DNA of 54,439 nucleotides, taken from IMG/VR virus record IMGVR_UViG_3300037087_000771, positions 1-54,439 of that record; one strand, 5' to 3'. Below, piece after piece: positions 1 to 10,900 of this stretch (the stretch's first letter is position 1; every line of letters begins with the position of its first letter). The translations under genes were made by a program, and so were the position numbers. The notes beneath the pieces were generated by a model that was not told the origin of the DNA, ran no database searches, and saw only the letters and a program-made list of their open reading frames with translations. The DNA comes from a virus. Its lineage: Duplodnaviria; Caudoviricetes.

Positions 1-381
1 TCAAGGCAAGGGAGGATACCCCATAGTAGAAAAGCGAGCGCGAATCTCAGAATTCGACTGAGGCCTGGCGACGTTTGCGTATTCATCTTTCAACTCCTGT
101 AATTTCTTTATGATGACCTTATATTTCTGGTCTGATACGGCCAGCCGGTTCGTCAGTTCCTTGATCTTGGAATCTCGGGCCTTGATCTCCTGATCGTATT
201 GCGCCATCAACTGCGCCCGCATGTCCGCTATGATCTGCTGGGAATTGTCCGGCTTGCTCTGGGTGTAACTTAGGATCAGGATCGCTGCGAGGCTGACCAC
301 CAGGAGCACAATCACTGTATTCCGCCAGCCCCAGCTACCAATAATAGTACCCATCTTTTCCTTTACGGTATTGATTCCCAT
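1..381 (-). CDS. Putative inner-membrane spanin (Rz-like) or lysis accessory protein
   Basis: Single N-terminal TM segment (TVIVLLVVSLAAILILSY) followed by a coiled coil, directly downstream of a lytic transglycosylase. Start moved to ATG 381 (SD GAAGGTGG); stop at 1-3. Confidence 0.55.
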   Translation of the reverse strand: MGINTVKEKMGTIIGSWGWRNTVIVLLVVSLAAILILSYTQSKPDNSQQIIADMRAQLMAQYDQEIKARDSKIKELTNRLAVSDQKYKVIIKKLQELKDEYANVARPQSNSEIRARFSTMGYPPLP

Positions 382-915
382 ATTTTTCCACCTTCTTGGA
401 ATAATCATAATTGACGGTGCAGAGATCCAGAACGCCCCATTTCATCTTGATCTTCTTCCGCTGGCAGGACAGCTTCATCAACCCCCAGTCCGTCAGCCCG
501 GCCCGCTGGTGCTCTTTGTACAGGGCTCCCCTTCCCCCGTTGTAAATCTGGTACGAAATCCAGAGCCGGTCCGTCCAGTTCTCCAGACGGTGAATCCGGT
601 TCATGTAAAACGCCTGCATTCTGATGGCGTGCCGAGGGTTATATGGGTCCAGGGCCTCTCCCATAAGGGACTGGATATACTGAGAGGTCTTCGGCATGAA
701 CTGAGCGATCCCCTGCCCCGCATCAACCGCGGTGACGTTTGTGCGACAGGCCGACTCCGCTTGAGCTGCCCGATGCCATACCAGTACGGGAACTGAATCC
801 CGAAATACTTCGTGTGCTCGACCCGGACATCCTTGACGTGCGCCTCGCACCGATCAAGGGCGTGCGCAGGTACGGCGACAAGGAGAAGGATCAGCCACCA
901 ACAGCGAAAGCCCAT
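335..915 (-). pseudogene. SLT-family lytic transglycosylase (endolysin) split by a 1-nt frameshift near 760
   Basis: ORF 601..915 gives signal peptide ...YWYGIGQLK. ORF 335..850 continues in another frame with ESACR...GQGIAQFMPKT...YNGG (catalytic Glu and SLT motifs). The junction CTC AAG CG GAG TCG is one base short. Confidence 0.8.
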
Positions 916-1184
916 ATCACCACCCCGTAATAGGCAGTCAAGAACGCCACGCCTCCCCAGTGATGCTCTGTGATGAGGCCCTCCATGTCGAGATAGGGGA
1001 ACAGGAACTTCCGGGAGGCATGGGCATAAAGAACGCCCATCGTCACAAACATCCCCTTCGTGATGAAGAGCCCCAGGAGCCCAAGCCGGGCCTCCGGGGG
1101 GATGAACGCAATCGCGATTGCCAGCACCAAAAGCAGGGTCAGCTCTGTCCTGATCCGCTTGACCTTTCCCAAAAAGGTTATCAT
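891..1184 (-). CDS. Putative holin (about 3 TM segments)
   Basis: 97-aa hydrophobic protein with SD AGGAGG, immediately upstream of the transglycosylase. Confidence 0.6.
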   Translation of the reverse strand: MITFLGKVKRIRTELTLLLVLAIAIAFIPPEARLGLLGLFITKGMFVTMGVLYAHASRKFLFPYLDMEGLITEHHWGGVAFLTAYYGVVIWAFAVGG

Positions 1185-1194
1185 AGCCCCTCCT

Positions 1195-1551
1195 TTAATC
1201 AGTTTCCCGCCTGTTTTCCCCCGCGGGCAACTTGCGAAAGGCCCGGTAACTCATGTGAATCACGATAAAGGCAAGCGCCAGTATCGTTACCAGTTTCCTC
1301 GTAGGCCAGAGGGCGCACGACGTAAATGCTTCGTGGGCGGACTGTCCGCACCCGATCCGGAGCACTCGGGCGTACAGGGACATACCCGACTCCATGATTT
1401 CCCCCAGGAAGATGAAGGTGACATAGGCGAAAAACGATGAGGCTGCCCCCTTCTTTATCCACCACCAGGAAAACAGACCGGCCCCGTAGGTGGCAATCAA
1501 CAACGTGACGAGATACACCCATATCGTGGGGTCGCTGAGATAATCAGCCAT
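1195..1551 (-). CDS. Hypothetical membrane protein (lysis region)
   Basis: 118 aa, three hydrophobic segments, SD GGAGG. Confidence 0.6.
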   Translation of the reverse strand: MADYLSDPTIWVYLVTLLIATYGAGLFSWWWIKKGAASSFFAYVTFIFLGEIMESGMSLYARVLRIGCGQSAHEAFTSCALWPTRKLVTILALAFIVIHMSYRAFRKLPAGENRRETD

Positions 1552-1753
1552 GGTTGCAGTCCTCCTTCGACTTCTGCAAGGTTAAAAACCAACGCTCTTC
1601 GCCGTTCATGGATGCCGCTTCCAACGACGCCTCCATCCGCTCTATCCGCTGCCTTGCCCGGCGATGCTCTTCCTTTAAGGCTTCCATCTTCTCCTTGCAG
1701 GGCGAGCAAGGGGTCTCCCCGCGAAAGGGAAACAGTTTTTTAAGGATTCCCAT
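1544..1753 (-). CDS. Hypothetical small coiled-coil protein
   Basis: ATG 1753 with SD GGGAGG; overlaps both neighbours as expected for translational coupling. Confidence 0.55.
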   Translation of the reverse strand: MGILKKLFPFRGETPCSPCKEKMEALKEEHRRARQRIERMEASLEAASMNGEERWFLTLQKSKEDCNHG

Positions 1754-1970
1754 TTCGATCCCTCCCGTAAACAAGCACTTCTACCAAGGTTACAAGTTTC
1801 GTGATGGTCTTGTTGACCTCCGACATATTGGTGTCGATACAGTCATGGAGTTCCTTGATGTTTTTCTCCTTTTTGATCAGGAGGTAGAACAACCCCGCCA
1901 GCACGACGAAGGCCATGATCAAGAACGGATCTTTCAAGTCTTTGACGATGGCAGTCAGGAGCTCGATCAT
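1740..1970 (-). CDS. Small single-TM protein, BhlA/UviB holin-like layout
   Basis: ATG 1970 overlaps the giant ORF stop (ATGA); one TM helix followed by a charged coiled coil. Confidence 0.5.
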   Translation of the reverse strand: MIELLTAIVKDLKDPFLIMAFVVLAGLFYLLIKKEKNIKELHDCIDTNMSEVNKTITKLVTLVEVLVYGRDRNGNP

Positions 1971-4900
1971 TGCGACATCCTCATCCTTTGTTCTCTGTAA
2001 GTATCGACATAATGCTTCTTGTACCATGCGGTCGCCACGGATAGCGTCTCCTGCTGCTCCGGCGACAGGGACGCTTTGAACTTGTACCGGTCGGCCAACC
2101 TCAAAGACGCCAGTGGGTGAACCCGCCTGATGCTCCCCTGGACATCGTGCAGCTTCCCGCCCATGTCCTGGTACTTTTTGAGATACTTCTCCGCTGCGTC
2201 AAAATCACCGAATTTCAACGCCTGCTTGTAATAGTAGAGGGAATTGCTCCGGTTTGTCGGCATGGCCGCGGGTTTTTCCTTCCCCTGCTTATCCAGCCAG
2301 TCGAAGATATATTTCCGGCTGGTATAGTACGCCTGCTCGCCCGGATCTGCTTCGTTGAGGGCCAGACTTTGGATGTCCCGGTACATCTGAGTCGCCCAGG
2401 TGCCGCCCTGTTTTGGTTTCCCCGACACCTGGTTGTAGATCCGGTCCAGAGAGAAAGTCCGAAGGATATGCTCCGCCGTGTCGCGGATCGGTCGCGGGTG
2501 CAGGGGATCCGGGAAGAAACTCTGTCCGGACAGAGTCTCATATAGGAGCTTCGGCTCCGGCCTGAATCCCTGGAAGAGCCTCAGTGGTGCGGCCTTGACT
2601 GCGTCCTTCGCCAGGTCGCCGACACCCTTTGTTCCACTTGCGACCTTCTTGACCTGTTCGACGGGGTTGCTCATCCCGAACCACGAGAGGGCATCCGACA
2701 GAGCGCCCTGGAATCTGAGGGTGATGATGGAGCCGTCAGTCCGCCGCCCCAGGATCATGTGAAGCTGCTCTCGCCCGGCCTCTTGCAGCTCATCCTCTTC
2801 ATCGGGGAAGAACGCCGCGTTCCACAACATGACCAGCCCCATGAGGGCGGAGGCTTTGACGGCAAGTTTTGTCGTCTTCCAGGCCAGGACACCACCCATG
2901 GCACCAATACCGCCACCTTCATCCTTCAGATTTCTGAACAGCCGGACATAACGGGGCGCGTTGATCTCAAGCCAGGAGTAGAAGGGGATCATCCGCTCCC
3001 GGATGTACTGGCCGGCATGGCTGATATTACCGTAGTCGCCGATCAGTTCCCGCGCCAGCTTTGCGGCCTTGTCTTCTCGGTTCGCAATGGCGTCAACCTC
3101 TTCCTTGCGCGAGGCTCCATAGATGATCTCTCCCCTTCCCAGTCGGTCCAGGAAATACCGATTCGCCGCCAGCCGCAGGATGTTTTCCCGCAAGGTCGAA
3201 AGCTTCTTGCTCATCGTCCACCACCGGGACAGGGCGTTCTTGCTCTTGCCGTCGAAGAAGTCCACGAGGCCCTTGACAGATTTGACATCTCCCAGTTCGG
3301 GGATGTCCATCGCCGTCATGCCGGACCCGACAACGCCGCGCTTAGTCAGCCCGGACAATTCGTCCATCAGGGTCTCGGATGCGTTCCCCCTGGATGCCGC
3401 CCATAGGTCCTTGAAGGCTTGTGTGAAATAATCCGTGATGATCTTCGGGTCGTAGGCGAGGGCGATGTCGAGGTCGCCCGACATATTGTTGATGTTGTAT
3501 TTGATGACCCGGAAGGGGTTCATAAGAATCCACTGTTTCCAAGCCGTCAGCATATTTTTCGACATCTTCGCCGGCAGGGAGTCCGTCAGGGCGGGCCGAA
3601 ACTCGTTGAGGGTCTTGGAGATCCCTTCCTTCACAACCCACTCTTCATCGCGGCCCCGCGCCAGGACTTGCCGCACGGCGTCCGGAAGGTTCTTGTGTCC
3701 GGCCAACACCTGGGCGAGCGCCTGGTCTGCAATGCTGTTTGTGAAATAGAACGTGCTCCCGGTTTCCGGTTTATGGGCAACGTACCCTTCGGGGATCATA
3801 TCGCGGTATGTGACCCAATCCTTGCCGACGACCTGCTTGATGAAGGCGTTCCTCGCCGCGATCGCCTTGAAAATCATGGCAGCGGGCATAGAGCCCGGCC
3901 CCTCGTGGTTGATCAGGTAGTTCAGCAGGGCGAACATCCGGGGATGAGGAACGGGGTCGAACTCGATCTCATCTTCTTTTGCCGCCCGGCGCTGCTCCTC
4001 CTGGTCAACGATGTGCTCGATGACATCGTCGAACTCCATCGGCAAGGAGCCCATGTCGTTCTCGGAAGTGAACAGTTTCGCGAGTTTCTGGAATCCCATC
4101 GCAATCTTCACCCGGAAGGGCAGAAGCGGGTCCGGATGGTCCGCCAGTGGGTCTCCGCCCTCCTCGTTGGTCTTCCGGTAGAAGGTCGCCATGTTCTGGT
4201 CTTTGGCCTCGGCCTCCAGTTGCGGCTTGATGTCAGCCAGGCGCTCGATCTCTTTCAGAGACTTGACCGTCTCGATCTGAGTCAATGCCTGGGAAATGAT
4301 CTCGAACTCGGATTCGACGTACTCGGTGTTGTAATCAAGCTGGGAGCCCTTCCGCCCGACCTGCCAGCCCTTTCGGTGGGTACGAACGTCCTGTGAAGAC
4401 ATCCCCCAATTCGGATTCTCCTTGTAATTCATGTAGGCGAGGACCTGGTGATGGAAGTAGGCCGCCGGGTCGTTGGCGACCTCCTTCTTCAGGAGTTTGT
4501 GTTGAATGAGCTGGTCGGTCAACGAGACCATGAAGGCGTTCCGCCTATCAAGGGCTTCCATTATTGCTGTGCTCCCCTCGGCGATGGCCCTGAAATGGTC
4601 GTAATCCTGCTGCACCTGATCCCCGTTCTTGTACCCGAACGGGAGCTCGGCCTCATCTTCGACGCCCAGGGTGCCGTTTTCGATGTCCCGGATCATGTCC
4701 GGCAAAAGAATGTTCATCGTGAACACGTCCCGGCCCTGGGGAGAGAGTCGTCCGATGAAGCCGGACAACTGCCGAACGGTTTCATCCTTCGCCCACGCGG
4801 GAACGTCCTGGAACTTGCGGAAGACATCGATGACCGCGCCGTCTGTTTCCGGTTCAAGGTGCTGGAAGTGCCGGGTGAAATGCTCCCAGCCGGTGACGAG

Positions 4901-7900
4901 GGCATCCTTAGCCCGGTCCTTGAGGGAGGCGTACTTGACCCCCTTGGCAGCCTTCAGGCGTTCGTTGACTTCGGGGAAAATGGAAGCGTTGTCGATGGCG
5001 TCCTTCTGGACGGAATAGAAAACCTTTCTCTCCTTACTATTTCTTACAGCCCCCCAAAGTTCCTTAATCTTTTCGTAGTGGTCTCCAGCCCTGTCTCGGA
5101 CAGTCGTGAACTCAAGCTGTGTGTTTTTCGCGAAGGAAAGCAGATTGTCAATATCAGCCTTCGTTAATGTCTTTTCGGCGTTATAGATCATGAAGTCTAC
5201 GGCGTTTCTCTTTTCCGCTTCACGAAGGATTTCCGTATGAATGGGTCGGAGTTTTGAGTAGTCGTCGATGGCGATTATTGCTACGGGTTGACGCTGTGCA
5301 GAAATCAGAACCATCCCCCCTTCTTTCATATACAAACGGCCAAACTCCTCAAATTCATTCTGGCTTCCGATGCTTTCGAGACCTTCCGGTGACTGGTCAA
5401 ATTTTCTCCCCAGTAGAGGTATTTCGTGAATTGCGGGTTCTCTCGGCGGAAGAGGTTCGCTTGACCACGTGTTATCGGAATATCTGGACGGCGTGATCGC
5501 AATAATCGGCATACTTTCGATCCCGGCGTCCGCGATAAGATCGCCGATGTTGGAGCTTACGCTCAGGTCGGCCTCGGACAATTTTGCTTGTCCGGAAGGG
5601 TGATTATGGACAGTCCATACCTTAGAAGCGCCCTCGATATTTAATATCTGTCCGGCGGCAAAATAAGCGTAGACTTGACTCTGGTTAGGGGCTCCGGTGG
5701 CGTGTAGGTTGACGGCAAGGATCTTTCCGGATTTGTCGGTAACGATTGTAACAAAGACTTCCTGTGCATCACGGAACAGGTTGTCGCGGGCAATAACGGC
5801 GGCGTCTTCCAGACTGGTTATTTTTCTGCGGGAGGATTTCCAGGTTCCGATGGGTTCACTTTTGACGGTGGGGAGAGTACCCCGTTCGGGAACATAGGGA
5901 AGCACCCTTCCTCCAGGGGCGGATATTTCCCGTTTATCATCGGTCCCCTGTCCGGCGGCATGGGCATTGTCAGCCCGCACCACCGCGGTTCCGGATACTT
6001 CTTGTCCATTGGATACCTCTTGATTATTGTTAAGCACTCTGCGGGGCTTTCTTGTCAACCCCTTTTCCGTAATCGCGAAAACCGGGAGATGTTCGTAGAC
6101 GGCAAGTCCTTGCTTCGCGCGGGGCTCCCCGTATACTTCATCAGGGGCCAGCTCCTTCTCTAAGGCGGATGCCAACTTCTTCTCGGTTGGAGCATCCTGC
6201 GGAATGTCTTCGCTCGGGACCTCCCCCTCGGTAATCCGATACGGCCTGTCGAGGCTTTCGTTCTTTGCGAAACGTTTCGCCCAGGCTTCACGCGAAGCCG
6301 CGTATCCGTCCCCGTCGATCATGCCCCCGTCCAGTTCAAAGCCGTAGTGCTCTGCCTGCCAGGTCCCGTCTTCGAGCTGCCCTTCGATGGTGATGATCTT
6401 GCCAGTCGGCTCGATCCGTTTCAAGGCCCTGGCAAGCACCCTGCAGCCGCCGTCGAGTGGCCCAGACTGGATAGGTCCGGCATCGGTGAGAATCGAGGCG
6501 ACCGCATCCTTCCTGAAAGCCTGCTTGATCTTGTCGCCGAGCCGCTTTGGTAATTCCAGGTCCGCGGTTCCAATGGCATACTTTTCACCTTTCGGATTAG
6601 ATTTTGCGTAGACCAGCCCTTTGCCGCCGCCGACCGCATCACGCGCTGCCCGGATCGTTGCTCCCGAAGAAATCACATTATCAACGAAAAAGACGTTATC
6701 CCCGTCGAGTGTTTCCGTACTGACCATACCGAACTCGACGGGTTTCATGGTGCGCCGCCCAGCTACGCGAGCATCCCGCTGACTTTGTCCAGCCTGCCGC
6801 TTGAGTACGTCTGCCACCCTGCTGCCCGTGATCGCTGCAATCCGTTCCGCGAGGGCGACGTTCGCTGCCGTATCCCCGGTATGTCCGGGTATCGGGACCA
6901 GTATCGCCGACTTTCTCGCCTCCTTGGGGATGAGTGCCGCCATTTCTTTGGCGACGCTATCCAACACGATCGGGTCCATTCCTTTGACTCCATAGGCATT
7001 GTCCCGGATAGTCTTTTCTTTGGCGCTGAGAGACGGCTTCACCCGCGGAGAGATATATGCATGGGCGGAAAGTGCCTCGTCATACGCCGTTACAGAAGGC
7101 TTTTCCTCACCTGCGCGTATCCAGTCAACGGGCACTGCTCCCCTCACCTTCGCGCCGTGTCCGATTGCAATGCTTTCGGCAAGGGTATCGCCCAAGTCCG
7201 TCCGGCCTCCAAAGTGCCGCTTGTTCCTGAGCTGGTCATTGTCAGGGACAAGGTTTTTCACCAGGACATCGACCGGGTAAATCGCGATCTCTTTCCCAGC
7301 GTAGGCCAGTCTACCGAACTGATGGGCCATGCCGGGGAAGAGGGAGAGAGAGACGGTCCCGTGAGACGATTGCAGAGACTTGGCAGTCCTGGCGCTGGTC
7401 GGCTTCAGCCCTTCCTTCATGACCGGGATGCTGGCGTCGGTCCCGTGATACATCCTGATCGTGGCGTATTTATTTTCCTTCAGCCAGGCATTGAGCCGGG
7501 CAATAGCCTTCTTTGTGGGCTCCCGGTAGGCGATGTCATGCCATGCCTCGTCTTCGCTGAAGTCAGTGATGGCGGTGTCCCCGAAATTGTCATATTTCCC
7601 GGTGCCGTACGCCTCGCCTCCCAGGCTTGAGTCCTGGATCTCCCTCTCGAATATCTTCCCGGACTGGAGTTCCCGCCCGATCATGCCCGCCGTCCTGATC
7701 CTCACGACCCGGTTGATGAAGTCCTGGATCTTCTGCCAAATCTGCGCGAGGACCGTCTGATTCGGCTGCGGCCCCTTTGCGAAATCCGCAAGCCAGTTTG
7801 CCCGGTTCTCTTCGTGGCTCAGGTCTCTATTCCATTTCCCTTCTTTCTGGATGCGGGCATTCAAGGTCGCCTTGTCCATTTCGGAAATGACACCCAGCTT

Positions 7901-10900
7901 TTCAAGCCAGTGAACAGATTCGTGGGAAACGGTCCATGGGGCGTTCGCGTTGTCCCGGACGATCCGGATGACTCCCCTACCCTGCGCGTCAAGGCCGTCG
8001 AACGCTCCGGCGATAAACTGGCCGGCGGCCAACCCCTTTTTGTATCCCGCATTCAGGGAGACGGTGTTCGGGGTGATCTCGGCAACACCGTAGATGTTTG
8101 CCTGCGCACCGCTCTTCAGGGTGACAGTGAAATTGTCGCCGTCCGGCGCGACCTGCTGCCCAGGGAAGATGGACTGGATCATCTCCATGTCCATCGTGCG
8201 TCTTCCGGTTCCGCCTTCCTTGCCAACGGAGTATTTTTCCTGTCCCGTCGGCGGGGATGCGCCCTTCATGGCCTTTTCATCGATGTCCTTGACGCCCTGG
8301 GGCACATAGGATTCCTGTTTCGCGTTGATAAATGCGTCCCTCTCCCCCGTCTCGGTAACGTGGATCAGGAACCTCTCGCCCATACCCCGAGCCTCATAAT
8401 GCCACGCCCCCCCCTTCCCGATTATCCTTTGCAGGAGGTTCCACTCAACCGGATCAACGGTCACAAAGGTTGCTCCGGCGGGCACCCAAAACTTCGTTAC
8501 GTTGTCGATCACGGTATAGGCTATCGGCTTCGTTTCGGGCGACTGGGGCTTCCCTCCGTCCAGAGCATTCAGGGCGTCGGGAGCGTTGTAGCTGGATGCT
8601 ATGCTGGGTTTGAGCTTACCGCTTTTTAGAAAACGGCTGAGGTCGGTCTTGGCACGGACGCCGATCGTCGTATCCTGGTGTGGGTAAACGATCCCGTCAT
8701 GAAACGACCACCCGTCTTTATCCGCCACATCTTCAAGGACGGGGACAACACCCTTATACTTATCGATTGGAATCCCGGTGGTGGGATCTCCGACAGATAC
8801 CCCTCGTGCGGCCATTTGCGCCTCGACTTCGCGCAGCTCTTTGTCGTTGGTCGCGAGCTCGTCCACTTTCGCCCAAGGGGTGTCTATGACACTCTGTAAT
8901 TTCGGCGCGTTGCTCTTGAGTTCCGCTATGGCGCCCTTTGCTGACTCCTCGCTGTGGTTCAGGTAGGAAAGGTATTCTGTCACAGTCCGGGAGACATTGG
9001 CCTTGATATCGACCGTGGTAACGATTCCATCTTTCCCTTGTTTTGCCTGGATGTCGGCCAAATTCCGGTCGCTGCTGAGGATGCTTCCGGATATCAAGAG
9101 CCGTCGCCCATAGGGGTCTCTTTCTTTTCCCGTGATATCGGCCTTGGCTGGGAGCGGGACAAAGGTGTATTTCTTAACCTTCTTTTCCTTTTTCTCCCCG
9201 TCCTTCCCTTCTACCTCTTCGGTAACTTCCGTCTCCGTGTGGCTGCCGAATACCAACAAGGCAGCCTTTTTGTTCTCTGTCCACGAATGGGTGTCCACCA
9301 TGACTGCCTTTTCAAGCGCCTCGGAGATCTCCTTCCCGTGCTTCTCCAGCACCAGGGTCCGGTCGTCGCCAATGAACCGTACCGCCGTCACCTTGCCCAT
9401 AACGCTGCGACTGCGCTGGTAATCGGCGATACATTTCTCCAGGGCTTCAATCCGCCCGGGGATAGCGGCCAGATCCATTCTCGATCGACGGACAACGTCG
9501 AGATGGGCGGCCTGCTCGAACCGAAGCCCCTGCACCTTCTGAAGAAGTGTCGCCTGGGTGGACATAAGCGGATCGCCGGATGCTTCAGCCGCCATCATCT
9601 TCGCGCTCATGGTCTCGTCGCTGATGTCCTCGATCACGTCGAGGTTGACGTCTCCACCCAGCACGGCATTCAGGACCTTTCCCTTGGCAAATACCTTGTC
9701 CCATCGGGTAGCGTCCACCGTTGTCTCGGTGACGTAATTCCAGATGTAGGTCCCCGGCATCCCGTCTCTGGCATAGAGATTCCCGGCCCGGATGCCACGC
9801 CCGTTGCGCTGCTCCCACGCCGAGTAGTTCCACCATACGTCAAGGTGATGGATGTCCGACACGCGGCCCTGGATGTTGACCCCCGTGCCCGCCTTGCTCG
9901 TGGACCCGATCAGAACGCGAATGTCGCCGGCATTGACCTTCTTGAAGAGGGATCGCAGGTTGGCCGCCTTCTTTTCCTTGTTGCTATGGTCGGCGTCGTG
10001 AATGAAGGCGATCTGATTTTCAGGAATCCCCAGTTTGACCAATTCCTTCTTCAACCCTTCGTATGTATTGAACCCGGCAGACGCGCTTTCGTGCTCAAAC
10101 ATCTCTTCATTGTAAATCGCCAGATCTTCCGGGGCCAACTGAGAGGTTTCATCTTCAGTCTTATACTTGAATTTATCCGAATATTTGCCGGGGATACCCA
10201 GGTCCGCAAAGACAAGCTGAACGCCCTTGTGCTTTGCCTCTTCTTGCCACCGCCGATACATGATCTTCGACGCGGTGGCGATCTTTGAATCCTGCTGCAT
10301 CTCCGTGTTGGCATAGCGGCGATCGAGGCGCTGGTCGATAGCCACCTTGCTCATGTTCGAGATGATCCTGAGCATGTTGTCGGGAACACCCTCAAATTCT
10401 GCGTTTTTCGGGTCGGCTTCTATTGCGGCGCATCGCTCCAAGATGATTTTTTTGTAGTCCTCGACATACTGGTTGGGCTGCACCTTTACCCGTTGCGGTT
10501 CACCCCCACGGATGATCGGCCTTTTAACAGGCGTGTCCTTCGCCCGGACGCTATCGACATTCTGATATGCCGTCGCCAGGAGCCGCCCGGCATTGACGAT
10601 CCGGCGGTTCGTTGTGATGACCTTGTACTGCCCGCGGGCGCCGTCCCATTCCAACTGAGACCCCATGTCGCCATAGTTGGCAATCCAACGGTCGAATGAC
10701 CACACCCCTTGCCTCTTTACCTCCTGGGGCTGAAGCATCCGCTGAATGTTGTACATCTCCGCGATGGAGTTCGACAAAGCCGTACCGGACGCCAGGACGA
10801 TCCCGTCTTTCTTGGGGAACTGGGCATTCAGGTACTGCGTCTTGCGGAAGAAGTCCTTCGCCGTCGGGCTTCCCGTCGGGTTCAAGCCGGTAATGCGGGT

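Noticed and set aside
750-775. Programmed -1 frameshift in the transglycosylase
   Set aside because: No slippery heptamer at the junction. An indel or sequencing error is simpler.
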